Origin: Candidatus Dojkabacteria bacterium HGW-Dojkabacteria-1
GTDB lineage: Bacteria; Patescibacteriota; Dojkabacteria; SC72
Direction: 5' to 3'
Assembly: GCA_002840365.1 (NCBI GenBank)
Contig: PHAO01000001.1
Span: 652,360 to 716,359, forward strand
Length of the DNA stretch: 64,000 nucleotides
Part shown: piece after piece, positions 1 to 9,481 of the stretch
How positions within the stretch are numbered: the stretch's first letter is position 1
Layout of the letters: each line of letters opens with the position of its first letter
The notes under the pieces: generated by a model
Seen by the model: only the letters and a program-made list of their open reading frames with translations
Database searches by the model: none
Told to the model about the DNA's origin: nothing
Program-made: the position numbers and the translations under genes

Positions 1-17
1 GACTTTCTTTTTGCCAT
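1..17 (-). CDS. Possible 5' start of a gene running off the window (MAKRK...)
   Basis: Minus-strand ATG GCA AAA AGA AAG just downstream of tRNA-Ser; only 5 codons visible. Confidence 0.3.
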
Positions 18-42
18 TTTTGGATATTCAGAAATTAAAAAA

Positions 43-129
43 CGGAGAGAGTGGGATTCGAACCCACGATGGTGTTACCACCATACTAGTTTTCAAGACT
101 AGCCTGTTCGGCCACTCCAGCATCTCTCC
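43..129 (-). tRNA. tRNA-Ser(TGA)
   Basis: Reverse complement GGAGAGATG...CTAGT-CT-TGA-AA-ACTAG, long variable arm, GGTTCGAATCC, CTCTCCG. Confidence 0.95.
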
Positions 130-174
130 ATAAACTCGCCCATTATATCATGCCTAACAACTTTTTTCTTTTAT

Positions 175-203
175 TTGACTACCATTAATATCTTCAATAT
201 CAT
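175..203 (+). promoter_or_regulatory. Sigma70-type promoter, probably giving a leaderless mRNA starting at ATG 211
   Basis: TTGACT-17 nt-TATCAT with ATG 7 nt after the -10 box; the ORF-track TTG start at 175 is the -35 box. Confidence 0.6.
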
Positions 204-210
204 CATATAT

Positions 211-1425
211 ATGACTGTCCAGATAAAAAACAAAAAGATATTTATACTCCTTTTACTGCTATCTCTCTTTGTAGCTCCCCTATCAGTATTAGCATCAGAG
301 TTAGATTCTACAAATTTCAAAATTGTCGGAGCTACAACGCAAGGAGGAGGAATACTAGGTACAGCTAGTGGAGATTACTCTGCTTTAATAGGGATTGGAG
401 GTATTTCATCAAATCCAAGAATATATTCAACAAATTACAGACTATATACTAGTCCAGAAAAAGCTTTTGTCCCAGCAGTACCAACTACATCCTGTTTTGA
501 AACAACAACAGATGGATCTTCTAATTGTACAACCGGACCAACAGAGTTAACAACAGGTGGAATGGTTGCAATATGTGGAGCAGGAGGTTGCTACAACAGA
601 GCAAGGTTTGAGATAGATACACAGAACAATCCAACAGACACCCTTTATGCTGTAATGATTTCGGAGGACAACTTTTCTTCTGATATTAGATATGTTGATG
701 CTTCTACCTTTTGGCCAGAGAGTAGTTCTACACATAACTTAAGTGACTTTATGACTAAAACAGATTGGGAAACAGAAACATTTAATATCCAAGGCTTGGC
801 AGCAGGAACTACCTACTATATTAAAATATTTGCTCTTAAAGGAGACTTTACTCAATCAGATGCAGGACCAAGTGCAAATGCAACTACTGCACTAGGTAAT
901 GTTTTCTTTGATATTGATATTGCTGGAGAAACTGGATATACAGCAGAAAGTTCACCTCCCTACTCCATATCCTTTACAGGGGCATACCAATTAATTGGTG
1001 GTTCAGCAGCAATAACTAATGGTAACAGAATATGGATGGATGCTGAAACTAACTCAGAAGGAGGTTTTGCCATTATCATGAATGGACAATATGGAGGTCT
1101 TTACAGTCCTACTACAACACAAACAATTACATCTGCTACTGCAAATCTAGACTCAGTTCCTTCAGGTTTCGGATTACAAAGTGAATACATCGACTATGAT
1201 GACAGTTCTCCTTTGTATGGAGAGATTACAGCTACTACCGATTACAGTGGGAGTATTAATAGTGTAGGAATAATTAGTACCACCCCTAACAAGATATATG
1301 ATGGAGATGGACCAACAGTGGCAGGAAGAATGGCTCTAAAGGTTATAGCTAAGCCAGGAACTTCATATACTCCATCCAATGACTATCAAGAAACTATAAC
1401 CTTAATATTTGTACCTAGATATTAA
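211..1425 (+). CDS. Secreted beta-rich protein (Fn3-like segment, WxL/Csu-like C-terminal domain)
   Basis: Signal peptide (KNKK + hydrophobic + VLA), FNIQGLAAGTTYYIKIFA Fn3-like motif, C-terminal YQETITLIFVPRY strand. Confidence 0.6.
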   Translation: MTVQIKNKKIFILLLLLSLFVAPLSVLASELDSTNFKIVGATTQGGGILGTASGDYSALIGIGGISSNPRIYSTNYRLYTSPEKAFVPAVPTTSCFETTTDGSSNCTTGPTELTTGGMVAICGAGGCYNRARFEIDTQNNPTDTLYAVMISEDNFSSDIRYVDASTFWPESSSTHNLSDFMTKTDWETETFNIQGLAAGTTYYIKIFALKGDFTQSDAGPSANATTALGNVFFDIDIAGETGYTAESSPPYSISFTGAYQLIGGSAAITNGNRIWMDAETNSEGGFAIIMNGQYGGLYSPTTTQTITSATANLDSVPSGFGLQSEYIDYDDSSPLYGEITATTDYSGSINSVGIISTTPNKIYDGDGPTVAGRMALKVIAKPGTSYTPSNDYQETITLIFVPRY

Positions 1426-1434
1426 AAATACCTA

Positions 1435-1463
1435 TTGACATGGAAATAAAGTATAGGTAATCT
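1435..1463 (+). promoter_or_regulatory. Sigma70-type promoter
   Basis: TTGACA-17 nt-TAATCT upstream of the 1513 ORF. Confidence 0.55.
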
Positions 1464-1512
1464 GTAATCAGAATAAAGATAGTAGTTTTAATAATTTTTT
1501 ACTCTGCCCAAT

Positions 1513-2628
1513 GTGAGAAGCTTGAAAACCCTCTTAAGAATAGGAATTCCCACATTATTAATAGTAGCTTTTGGTTCTTTCTTCATATACTTTTCATCAC
1601 AAGCAGCTTCATTAACAGCTGTATATGTATTCTTTAGTAGAATTCAAGCTGGATTAGATGGTTCAGGCGCAAATGCAGTTCAATTAATCCTAGCAGTAGC
1701 CCCAGCACAAAGTATGGGTTCTGGAGGTACAGTAACAATAGAATTTCCAGATGCAGGAGATACAACATGGTGTAGAGCTGCAGGTACTATGACTGCAACT
1801 GGAGTTACCTCATCAGCTGCTGATATGTCTGCAACAAACTGGACAATAGATAGCGCTCTTCCTGGCACCCTTTCGGCTTCATGCTCACAAGGTTCTGGTG
1901 CAGGCTCTGTTGATACAATTACAATAACAGGAGTTGGCGCTTTAACTGCAAATGAAACATATGGTGTACAGATTACAACCAGTACTGGTAGATTGGGAAC
2001 AAATGGTACCCCAGGACAACACGAATTAACAGTAACCGTTTCTAGTGGAGCTACAATTGACTCAAAAACATTCAAAGTTCAATTAGTATCAAATGATCAA
2101 GTAGTAGTTAGTGCTACTGTTTCAGATGCCCCAAGTGTTACATGTTCTATTAGTAGCAACTCTGTAAACTTAGGAACTCTTTACCCAGGGGGTGCATATG
2201 CCGTAGGTTCACATACAATAACAACAAATACTTCAGTAGCAGGATATTATTGGGCTGCGTATGGTACAGGGGATGGTTCTAGTGATGCTGGTTTATGGAA
2301 ATCAGCAGCAACGACTCACCTTATTCAATCAGGTCCAGGAGCAACTCTTGATTTAACAGTCCCAGGAAGTGAAGGTTTCGGAATGACAGTATCTGACCCA
2401 GATGCTGGAGGTTCTGCCGTTGTACCTTCAAATTTCTCTGATGCTTCAGCTGGAACATTTGGTACTCTTGATCGATTATATGCAGGAGCAAAGCTAATTC
2501 TTTACCAGAATGGTGCACAAGCTAGTGCAGAGGCAGCTACAGTAACTTACGGAGCTAGAGCAGGAGCATCTGCACCTGCAGGTTCATACCAGGAAACAGT
2601 CACCTTTATATGTGGTGGTTACTACTAG
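1513..2628 (+). CDS. Secreted Gly/Ser/Thr-rich protein with WxL/Csu (spore coat U)-like C-terminal domain
   Basis: N-terminal hydrophobic segment + SQA cleavage site; TCSISSNSVNLGTL and PAGSYQETVTFICGGYY resemble Csu/WxL-type Ig folds. Confidence 0.6.
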   Translation: MRSLKTLLRIGIPTLLIVAFGSFFIYFSSQAASLTAVYVFFSRIQAGLDGSGANAVQLILAVAPAQSMGSGGTVTIEFPDAGDTTWCRAAGTMTATGVTSSAADMSATNWTIDSALPGTLSASCSQGSGAGSVDTITITGVGALTANETYGVQITTSTGRLGTNGTPGQHELTVTVSSGATIDSKTFKVQLVSNDQVVVSATVSDAPSVTCSISSNSVNLGTLYPGGAYAVGSHTITTNTSVAGYYWAAYGTGDGSSDAGLWKSAATTHLIQSGPGATLDLTVPGSEGFGMTVSDPDAGGSAVVPSNFSDASAGTFGTLDRLYAGAKLILYQNGAQASAEAATVTYGARAGASAPAGSYQETVTFICGGYY

Positions 2629-2638
2629 TACTTTGATA

Positions 2639-3601
2639 ATGATATTAAAAATACTTAAGGAATATAACAGAATATTTTTACTGCCCATAATTCTACTCTG
2701 TTTAGGTGCAACCCCTATATTAGCGCAGAGTGCTTTGTCTATCGGAGTTTCCCCTACTTCTAAAGTAATAAAAGTAAGTCCTGGAGATGTTTTTTCTGAT
2801 GAAATTGTATTTTGGAATCTTTCTGAAACTGCAGATACATATTACATATATATAAGAGGATTTAGACAGATTGAGAATCAACCGGGAACTGCAATTATAC
2901 TAACTGATGAAGAAGAATCCAAAGCTTTGTATTCTGCTTCTAAATGGATAACTGTAGACAAGGAATCTATGTATCTTGAACCAAATAAAAATACCAAACT
3001 AAGATATACAATTAATGTACCAAGAGATATTACAAATGGTGAATATAATGCTCAAATATTTCTCATTTCCGAGTCAGAAGGTGGAGCCCAAGGAACTATG
3101 ACCTTTGCAAATCTTGCAGCAGGAACCCCTATCTTACTTCAAGTAGGAGATGAGTTTGTAGAAAATGCAGAACTTCTTCGCTTTATGGCAGACAAAAAGA
3201 CCTATGAAAGAGTAAATGTAGACTTTCTTACACAAATTAAAAACTTAGGTGATACACACATTACACCAGCAGGAGAAATAGTTATTGAGAATATTTTTAA
3301 ACAGGAAGTTGCTAGAATACCCTTTAACAGAAACAGACAAAGCTTACTAAGAGATAATCTAGGTAACTATATCGATAACTGGAGTCAATCAGGATATATT
3401 TCACCTGCAAAAATGCTAACAATCGGCCCTATGAAAGCCAAATTGTTAGTAACATACAGAAGTATGCAACCAGGCTTTGCAACCCTCTCTGCAGAAACAA
3501 CCTTTTGGATTATTCCATGGAAATTAATCATCGCTATCTGTGTGGTTCTTCTTACTGGTATAATCATATTTGTAAGTAAGAAGAAAATTCAAAGAAGATA
3601 A
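2639..3601 (+). CDS. Membrane-anchored DUF916/WxL-interacting (PapD-like) protein
   Basis: Signal peptide, IGVSP motif, SKWI...YTINVP...GEYNAQI, IKNLGDTHITPAG, FWIIPWK + C-terminal TM + basic tail; ATG 2639 preferred over GTG 2612. Confidence 0.65.
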   Translation: MILKILKEYNRIFLLPIILLCLGATPILAQSALSIGVSPTSKVIKVSPGDVFSDEIVFWNLSETADTYYIYIRGFRQIENQPGTAIILTDEEESKALYSASKWITVDKESMYLEPNKNTKLRYTINVPRDITNGEYNAQIFLISESEGGAQGTMTFANLAAGTPILLQVGDEFVENAELLRFMADKKTYERVNVDFLTQIKNLGDTHITPAGEIVIENIFKQEVARIPFNRNRQSLLRDNLGNYIDNWSQSGYISPAKMLTIGPMKAKLLVTYRSMQPGFATLSAETTFWIIPWKLIIAICVVLLTGIIIFVSKKKIQRR

Positions 3602-4497
3602 TGAAACTGATTAAAATATTCTTTACATTAATATTTTTGTATACCCTTTTAGGTATACCCTACTCCTTTGCTAATAGCCTTTATCCTGCAATAAACGAAG
3701 TTAAACTACCTCAAGGACAAAGAGCTATTGCTATGGTCACCTTTGAAAACAAAGAGGAGAGAGATACAGAGATATTACTTTCTGTATATGAATACAATCC
3801 AAAAACTGATGAAATCATTAAAGATAGTAGAAATAACTTTCTTAAAGTAGATACAGACACATTTGTAGTAAAAGCTAAGGAAAAGAAGGAGATACCATAT
3901 GAAATAGTGCCTGTTTCTAACCTACAATTAGGAACATATTTCAATATATTGGTACTAACAGAAGTAAGTAGTACAAAGGATGTATATATAGATAAAGGGA
4001 TATCACAACTAGTTGTTTTACATGTTGTAGATCCGTATGGAGAGGTGCAGGGTGTAACGACAAGTGACTACTCTGTAAGGATAGATGTCGTACAGAAAGG
4101 GATACCATTTTTAACACCAGTAGAGCTAAGATATACGATTGTAAATAATTCGAAGTATGTAATAACTCCAGGAGGGAGATTAGAGATATTCAACAAAAGA
4201 AGTAATTACAAACCAGAATATATATATGTTAATCAAGAAAAGACAAGACTTTATCCAGGAGAAAAGATAGAGAAAAAAGTTTCAGTAAAAAATTGGAATT
4301 TTTCTGATCTTTTTTCTGAGAGGATTGTAATTGGAAATATTAGTAGTGGTTTAGACAGTAGTGTTAAAACTGTACAGACGACTATAAATAGCTATGTATA
4401 TGAGATACTTGGAGTATTAACAATTGGTATAGTTACAATCTTACTAATAAAATCCCTAAAGGAAGATACTAAAAAGAAATCTAAAACATCTTCATAA
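3601..4497 (+). CDS. Second membrane-anchored DUF916/PapD-like protein
   Basis: Signal peptide, SLYP, GTYFNIL, IVNNSKYVITPGG (parallels IKNLGDTHITPAG), C-terminal TM + Lys tail. Confidence 0.55.
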   Translation: MKLIKIFFTLIFLYTLLGIPYSFANSLYPAINEVKLPQGQRAIAMVTFENKEERDTEILLSVYEYNPKTDEIIKDSRNNFLKVDTDTFVVKAKEKKEIPYEIVPVSNLQLGTYFNILVLTEVSSTKDVYIDKGISQLVVLHVVDPYGEVQGVTTSDYSVRIDVVQKGIPFLTPVELRYTIVNNSKYVITPGGRLEIFNKRSNYKPEYIYVNQEKTRLYPGEKIEKKVSVKNWNFSDLFSERIVIGNISSGLDSSVKTVQTTINSYVYEILGVLTIGIVTILLIKSLKEDTKKKSKTSS

Positions 4498-5380
4498 CAT
4501 CCTGAGTGGTTCTAAACCCTATCTTAGAAACTTTTCTTAATTCTTCAGCACCGTATTTTGATACAAACTGTTTAGCTTCATACAATACATTTGATGCACC
4601 CTTAGGAAATACAAAATCATATTCTCTGTTCATTTTCTCCCACTCTTCTAAAAATATGCCTCTTGCAATTATAGAGGCTGCAGCAACAGCTATATCTGCC
4701 TCTCCTTTGTGATACTGTTCTAATTCAACCTTCTTACCTAGTTCTCCTAATTCATTTAGTACCCTACTCTTTGATGAGGAGAACTGATCAATTACAACAT
4801 GTTTACACTCTACATTTTTGTTTTGTAAATCCAAAAGGGCATCCTCTATAACCAGGCTATGTTGTTTTGCGAGGAGTATAGAGGCATTACCATACTTTGA
4901 TGAAAGTTCATTGTACTCCTCCGGTTGAACAATACTACTGTAATAGTAAGGATACTCTTTAACAGCTTGGAAAAATTTCTGTATTTTTACATCACTAAAC
5001 TTTTTAGAATCACCAAAACCTAAAAGTCTAATCTTTTTTGCGAACTCTTCATCCACAAAACAAGCCACTACAACTAATGGACCAAAGTAGTCTCCCTTAC
5101 CTACTTCATCTACACCAATATGAGGAAGAAACTCTTCTGTATTCTCCTCTACTTCTTCCTTGATATTAGCAATTACAGAAGTGAAGTCTTCCCTTCCTTG
5201 GAACACTAACTTACCACTAGAATATATTATTGCTACAGAGCCCTGAGGGCTTTTTAAGCGATATTTAACATACAGATTACTATCTGATTCCTCCATCCAG
5301 TTATTAGCTAAAAGAACCTCTCTTGCTCTTTCTTGTTCTTCTTTGCTTAATGATATTGTAAATGTATTTTGACTACCCAT
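4481..5380 (-). CDS. rnhC: Ribonuclease HIII
   Basis: N-terminal TBP-like domain (IYSSGKLVFQG), IGVDEVGKGDYFGPLVV, DSKK, VAAASIIAR. Confidence 0.9.
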   Translation of the reverse strand: MGSQNTFTISLSKEEQERAREVLLANNWMEESDSNLYVKYRLKSPQGSVAIIYSSGKLVFQGREDFTSVIANIKEEVEENTEEFLPHIGVDEVGKGDYFGPLVVVACFVDEEFAKKIRLLGFGDSKKFSDVKIQKFFQAVKEYPYYYSSIVQPEEYNELSSKYGNASILLAKQHSLVIEDALLDLQNKNVECKHVVIDQFSSSKSRVLNELGELGKKVELEQYHKGEADIAVAAASIIARGIFLEEWEKMNREYDFVFPKGASNVLYEAKQFVSKYGAEELRKVSKIGFRTTQDVMKMF

Positions 5381-5381
5381 A

Positions 5382-6824
5382 TTAGACCTTTTCTATAGTT
5401 TGACCTTGAGGAGTATCTAATACCTTATACCCCTTCTCTGATATTAAGTCCCTTATCCTGTCTGATTCTAGGAAGTTTTTCTCCTCTCTTGCTTTCCTTC
5501 TCTCTTCTAAAAGAGACTGTACCTCTAAAGGCAAACTCTCTTCTTCCTTTTGGATGTTTTCTAGATTAAAACCCAATACCCTATCAAAATCATATACTGT
5601 TGCTAGAATATCTTCTGATTTGTTGTTTGATTTTAATAGGTCATTTAAAATTGCAAATGCTTCTGACATATTTAAATTGTCGTTTAATGCTTTCTCAAAT
5701 CTGACTCTGTATTCAGGTAATACATTACCATGAGAATTACTACTCTCTTTTAGACTTAATACTTTGTTAAAGATTTTTAATCTTGCATTCCTTGCACCAT
5801 CTAGAGCTTCTTTTGAGAACCTAAGTTGAACTCTGTAGTTTACTGATACAAACAAATATCTTAAATCAAGAGGGTCGTAACCTTGAGATATTAGCTCAGG
5901 AAGAGTTAGCGCTCCCCCTTTACTCTTAGAAAGTTTTCCATCATCACTATCTACTATGAACTCATTATGTATCCAATACTTAACAACAGGATGACCACAA
6001 GCACCAATATTTTGTGCTCTTTCATTTGGGTGATGAACAGATATATGGTCTACTCCACCTGTATGTATATCAAAATGCTCTCCTAATTTCTCTATACCCA
6101 TTGCTGAACACTCAATATGCCATCCAGGGAAACCATCTCCCCATGGAGATTCCCAATGCATTAAATGGTTTGCATATTTACCTGCTCTTTTCATCCAAAG
6201 GACAAAGTCTGCAGGGTTTTTCTTTTCAGGGTCTACTTCTACATCTTCTCTTGAGGCTATATTCTTCTCATCTAAATTCTGTCCTGTAAATATTGTATAG
6301 TCTTCTATTTTTGTAATATCAAAATATACAGCCAAGCCTGTTTCATATGTGTATCCCTTTGCTTCCATCTCTTTTATTTTCCCTATCATTTGCTCCACAT
6401 ATGAAGTAGCTCTTAACCATCCATAGTTATGTAATTGATTAACCTCCCAATTTGGATCTACCTTATCACCACTTGGGGAAAGAATATTTAAGTTATGGAA
6501 ATCCTCCAATACCGTCTTTATATATTGATTAGATATATCAAGAGGGTCTTTACCTGTTTGAGAAGCAGCTCTCTCTATCTTGTCCTCACCAAAATCTTCA
6601 TCCTCTGTCATATGGCCAACATCTGTAAAGTTCATAACCCTGTTTACTTTGTAACCAAGGTAAAGCAATGCTCTATGTAATACATCCCAACTTACATACG
6701 CACGAATATTACCTACATGCATTCTACTGTAAACTGTAGGACCACAGTTATACATCGAAATTTCACCTGATTTAATAGGCTCTATCTCAACTACTTTCCT
6801 ATCTAATGTGGAATACAGTTTCAT
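5382..6824 (-). CDS. cysS: Cysteine--tRNA ligase
   Basis: CGPTVY, HVGN, PGWHIECSAM, HTGGVD, KLSKS. Confidence 0.97.
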   Translation of the reverse strand: MKLYSTLDRKVVEIEPIKSGEISMYNCGPTVYSRMHVGNIRAYVSWDVLHRALLYLGYKVNRVMNFTDVGHMTEDEDFGEDKIERAASQTGKDPLDISNQYIKTVLEDFHNLNILSPSGDKVDPNWEVNQLHNYGWLRATSYVEQMIGKIKEMEAKGYTYETGLAVYFDITKIEDYTIFTGQNLDEKNIASREDVEVDPEKKNPADFVLWMKRAGKYANHLMHWESPWGDGFPGWHIECSAMGIEKLGEHFDIHTGGVDHISVHHPNERAQNIGACGHPVVKYWIHNEFIVDSDDGKLSKSKGGALTLPELISQGYDPLDLRYLFVSVNYRVQLRFSKEALDGARNARLKIFNKVLSLKESSNSHGNVLPEYRVRFEKALNDNLNMSEAFAILNDLLKSNNKSEDILATVYDFDRVLGFNLENIQKEEESLPLEVQSLLEERRKAREEKNFLESDRIRDLISEKGYKVLDTPQGQTIEKV

Positions 6825-6841
6825 TTGTATATATGAATATA

Positions 6842-7462
6842 TTAAATATCTCTTCTACCTTCTAATGCTCTCTTAAGAGTTAACCTGTCTGCATACTCTA
6901 AATCTGCGCCTGTGGGTAGTCCCATCGCTAATCTAGTTACCTTTATTTTACCCTCTTTTAATTGCATATCAAACATATCTAGGATGTAACTTGCCGTAGC
7001 CTCTCCCTCTAAGCTTGGATTAGTTGCAACTATGATTTCTAGAGATTCTTCTTTAAGTAATTCCTTAACTCTTCTTTCTAAATCTTTGAATCTTAGTTCT
7101 TCTGCTCCTATTCCCTCTGCTGGAGATATTACACCACCAAGAACAAAGTAAAGACCTTCATATATTGCAGAATTCTCAAATGCAACTACATCGAGTGGTT
7201 CTTCTACAATACATAGTTTTGTTTTATCTCTTTTTTCACTACCACAGATATCACAAACTCCCTTGTCAGAGACATTGAAACATTGGGAACAGAACATAGT
7301 GTTTTTGTCCATATCCAAGAGAGCTTGACCAAGCTTTGAAGCTTCCTTGTTAGGAGAACGAAGATAGTGGTAAGTCATTCTAGCTGCAGATTTAGGACCC
7401 ACTCCAGGTAATTTACTAAGTTCATTGATTACTTTTTCAACAGACAAAGGAAGTACAGACAT
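6842..7462 (-). CDS. recR: Recombination protein RecR
   Basis: LPGVGPKSA, C4 zinc finger, ATNPSLEGEATA Toprim. Confidence 0.97.
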   Translation of the reverse strand: MSVLPLSVEKVINELSKLPGVGPKSAARMTYHYLRSPNKEASKLGQALLDMDKNTMFCSQCFNVSDKGVCDICGSEKRDKTKLCIVEEPLDVVAFENSAIYEGLYFVLGGVISPAEGIGAEELRFKDLERRVKELLKEESLEIIVATNPSLEGEATASYILDMFDMQLKEGKIKVTRLAMGLPTGADLEYADRLTLKRALEGRRDI

Positions 7463-7463
7463 A

Positions 7464-7754
7464 TTATCCTAATATATTTTTGAGTTGATCTAAGTCCATA
7501 TCTTTTGCCATTTCCTTTTGTAAATTCTTTTGATAGTCTTTGAATGCCTCTTTCATATCCTTTTTAAACCTATCCACCATATCGATATCCATTAATTGAT
7601 CATCTACCCATATATCTTCAAACTCTTGAGCTCCATTCATGAATAGTTTTAACATTCCATCTTTAGATTCCCCTGAGATTTTCTTTTCTCTCATTTTGTT
7701 TTGAATCTTTTTAGCCTCTTGTTGCATCTTTATTATCTCAATAGGATTTAACAT
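7464..7754 (-). CDS. ybaB: YbaB/EbfC nucleoid-associated protein
   Basis: Size, MQQEAKKIQ...GESKDG...MNG, position between dnaX and recR. Confidence 0.85.
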   Translation of the reverse strand: MLNPIEIIKMQQEAKKIQNKMREKKISGESKDGMLKLFMNGAQEFEDIWVDDQLMDIDMVDRFKKDMKEAFKDYQKNLQKEMAKDMDLDQLKNILG

Positions 7755-7808
7755 TACAAAAATGTAAAAATTTAATATCTAAAGGATTATACCCTAAAAA
7801 GGAGATGA

Positions 7809-9407
7809 TTACATTCCAGCAAAGATTGCTTCTACATCTGCACCAAGGTTCTTTTTCTTAAATTCAGGCTTAGATTTATCTTCTTTTTTCTCCTCCGGTT
7901 CCTTTTTTTCAATTACAGGAATATTTTTCAATACTACATCTGCACTAGATTGTAATTTGGGCTTTACAGTATCATTTACAGTACAGCTTACTCTACAACT
8001 AACACCAAGTACCTCATTTATCGTTGTACATATTATCTGCTTACTAGCATAGTCCTCTATTTGGTCCTTGTAGAACTTAAATGGTACTTCAATATTTAAT
8101 AAATCACCATTAACCTCTACTGCTTTAGATACGCTTAGGAATGCTGAAAGTGTATTGTTTTGTGGTTTCACCCTATCTACAATATCTTTCCATTTCTTCT
8201 GAATATCATTTACATTAAGTACATTTGCGTCGGAATTTATAACCTCTACCTTTTCACTTTTCTTTTCTAGAATAGTGCCTGTTTTATGAGTGTCTTTCTT
8301 TTTGGTTTTCTTTTCTTTTGGTTTTTCTTCAACGATTTTTTCCTCAGAGCAAAAGGTTGGGATAAGCATTTGAACAACTAATATCGGGCTAGAAGTACTC
8401 TTTAAATCTCTTTCAGCATTAATGAATGCATTAATCAGAGAAACTAAAGTTTTTTGGTCCATATCTTTAGAGAATGGATATTGAGGAGTACTAAATCCTG
8501 AAAGTTTCGCTACTAGAATCTCTCTTAATATTTCCAATGTATATGAGACGAACTGACTAAGATTAGTACCTTTAACCTCCAACTCTTTTATACTATCCAA
8601 TGCTATTTTTGCATCTCCCTCGATTAGTGCTCCAAGAAGATTATTAACTATATTCAATTCTGGTAATCCTAAAACTTGCCTTGTTTCTTCCTCTGTTATC
8701 TCTTTAGAGCTACCCTCTTTTGGTTGTCCATTTACAACCACATCCAACAAAGAAAGGGCATCTCGGTAGCTTCCTTTGGAATTTCTAACTAATATATCCA
8801 TAGCTCCTTCCTCTATCTTTAATTTTTCTTTCTTCACTATTTCCTTAAGAGTCTTTCTTATCTCTTCATCACTTCCAAGCCTAAAATCATATCTTTGACA
8901 CCTGGAAAGTATCGTAGCTGGTAATTTATGTACATCCGTTGTAGCAAGTATGAATATTATGTGTGCAGGAGGCTCCTCTAATGTCTTTAGAAGTGCATTG
9001 AATGCCTCATTGGTTAACATATGCACCTCATCGATTATGTATACCTTAAAACGTCCCTCAGAGGGAGAGAACTCTATTCTTTCCTTAAGCTCCCTTATCT
9101 GATCAATACCTCTATTAGAAGCTGCATCAATTTCTATCAGATCTAAAAAGTTACCATTAGAAATCGAATTACATATTTCACACTTATTACAAGGATTACC
9201 ATCCTTTAGTGGAGAACCACAATTTACAGCTTTAGCCAGTATTCTTGCTGTGCTTGTTTTACCAGTACCCCTTGAACCAACCAAAAGGTATGCATGAGAA
9301 AGTTGATCTTTCTTTATTGCATTCTTAAGTATTTTGGTGATGTGATCTTGACCAACGAGTTCGTCAAAATTCTGAGAGCGATATTTTCTATACAAGACAG
9401 TGGACAT
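7809..9407 (-). CDS. dnaX: DNA polymerase III gamma/tau
   Basis: LYRKYR, GSRGTGKT, EIDAASNRG, IIDEVHML, SRCQ. Confidence 0.97.
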   Translation of the reverse strand: MSTVLYRKYRSQNFDELVGQDHITKILKNAIKKDQLSHAYLLVGSRGTGKTSTARILAKAVNCGSPLKDGNPCNKCEICNSISNGNFLDLIEIDAASNRGIDQIRELKERIEFSPSEGRFKVYIIDEVHMLTNEAFNALLKTLEEPPAHIIFILATTDVHKLPATILSRCQRYDFRLGSDEEIRKTLKEIVKKEKLKIEEGAMDILVRNSKGSYRDALSLLDVVVNGQPKEGSSKEITEEETRQVLGLPELNIVNNLLGALIEGDAKIALDSIKELEVKGTNLSQFVSYTLEILREILVAKLSGFSTPQYPFSKDMDQKTLVSLINAFINAERDLKSTSSPILVVQMLIPTFCSEEKIVEEKPKEKKTKKKDTHKTGTILEKKSEKVEVINSDANVLNVNDIQKKWKDIVDRVKPQNNTLSAFLSVSKAVEVNGDLLNIEVPFKFYKDQIEDYASKQIICTTINEVLGVSCRVSCTVNDTVKPKLQSSADVVLKNIPVIEKKEPEEKKEDKSKPEFKKKNLGADVEAIFAGM

Positions 9408-9481
9408 AGTGACTACATATTAAACTAGAGTTTAAAACCTAACAAGTGAAAATTATTTATACACTAACTTTCTCCTTTCTT

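Noticed and set aside
8280-8345. A-rich runs in dnaX as a possible gamma/tau frameshift site
   Set aside because: Lys-rich linker in an AT-rich genome; no stimulatory hairpin or SD identified
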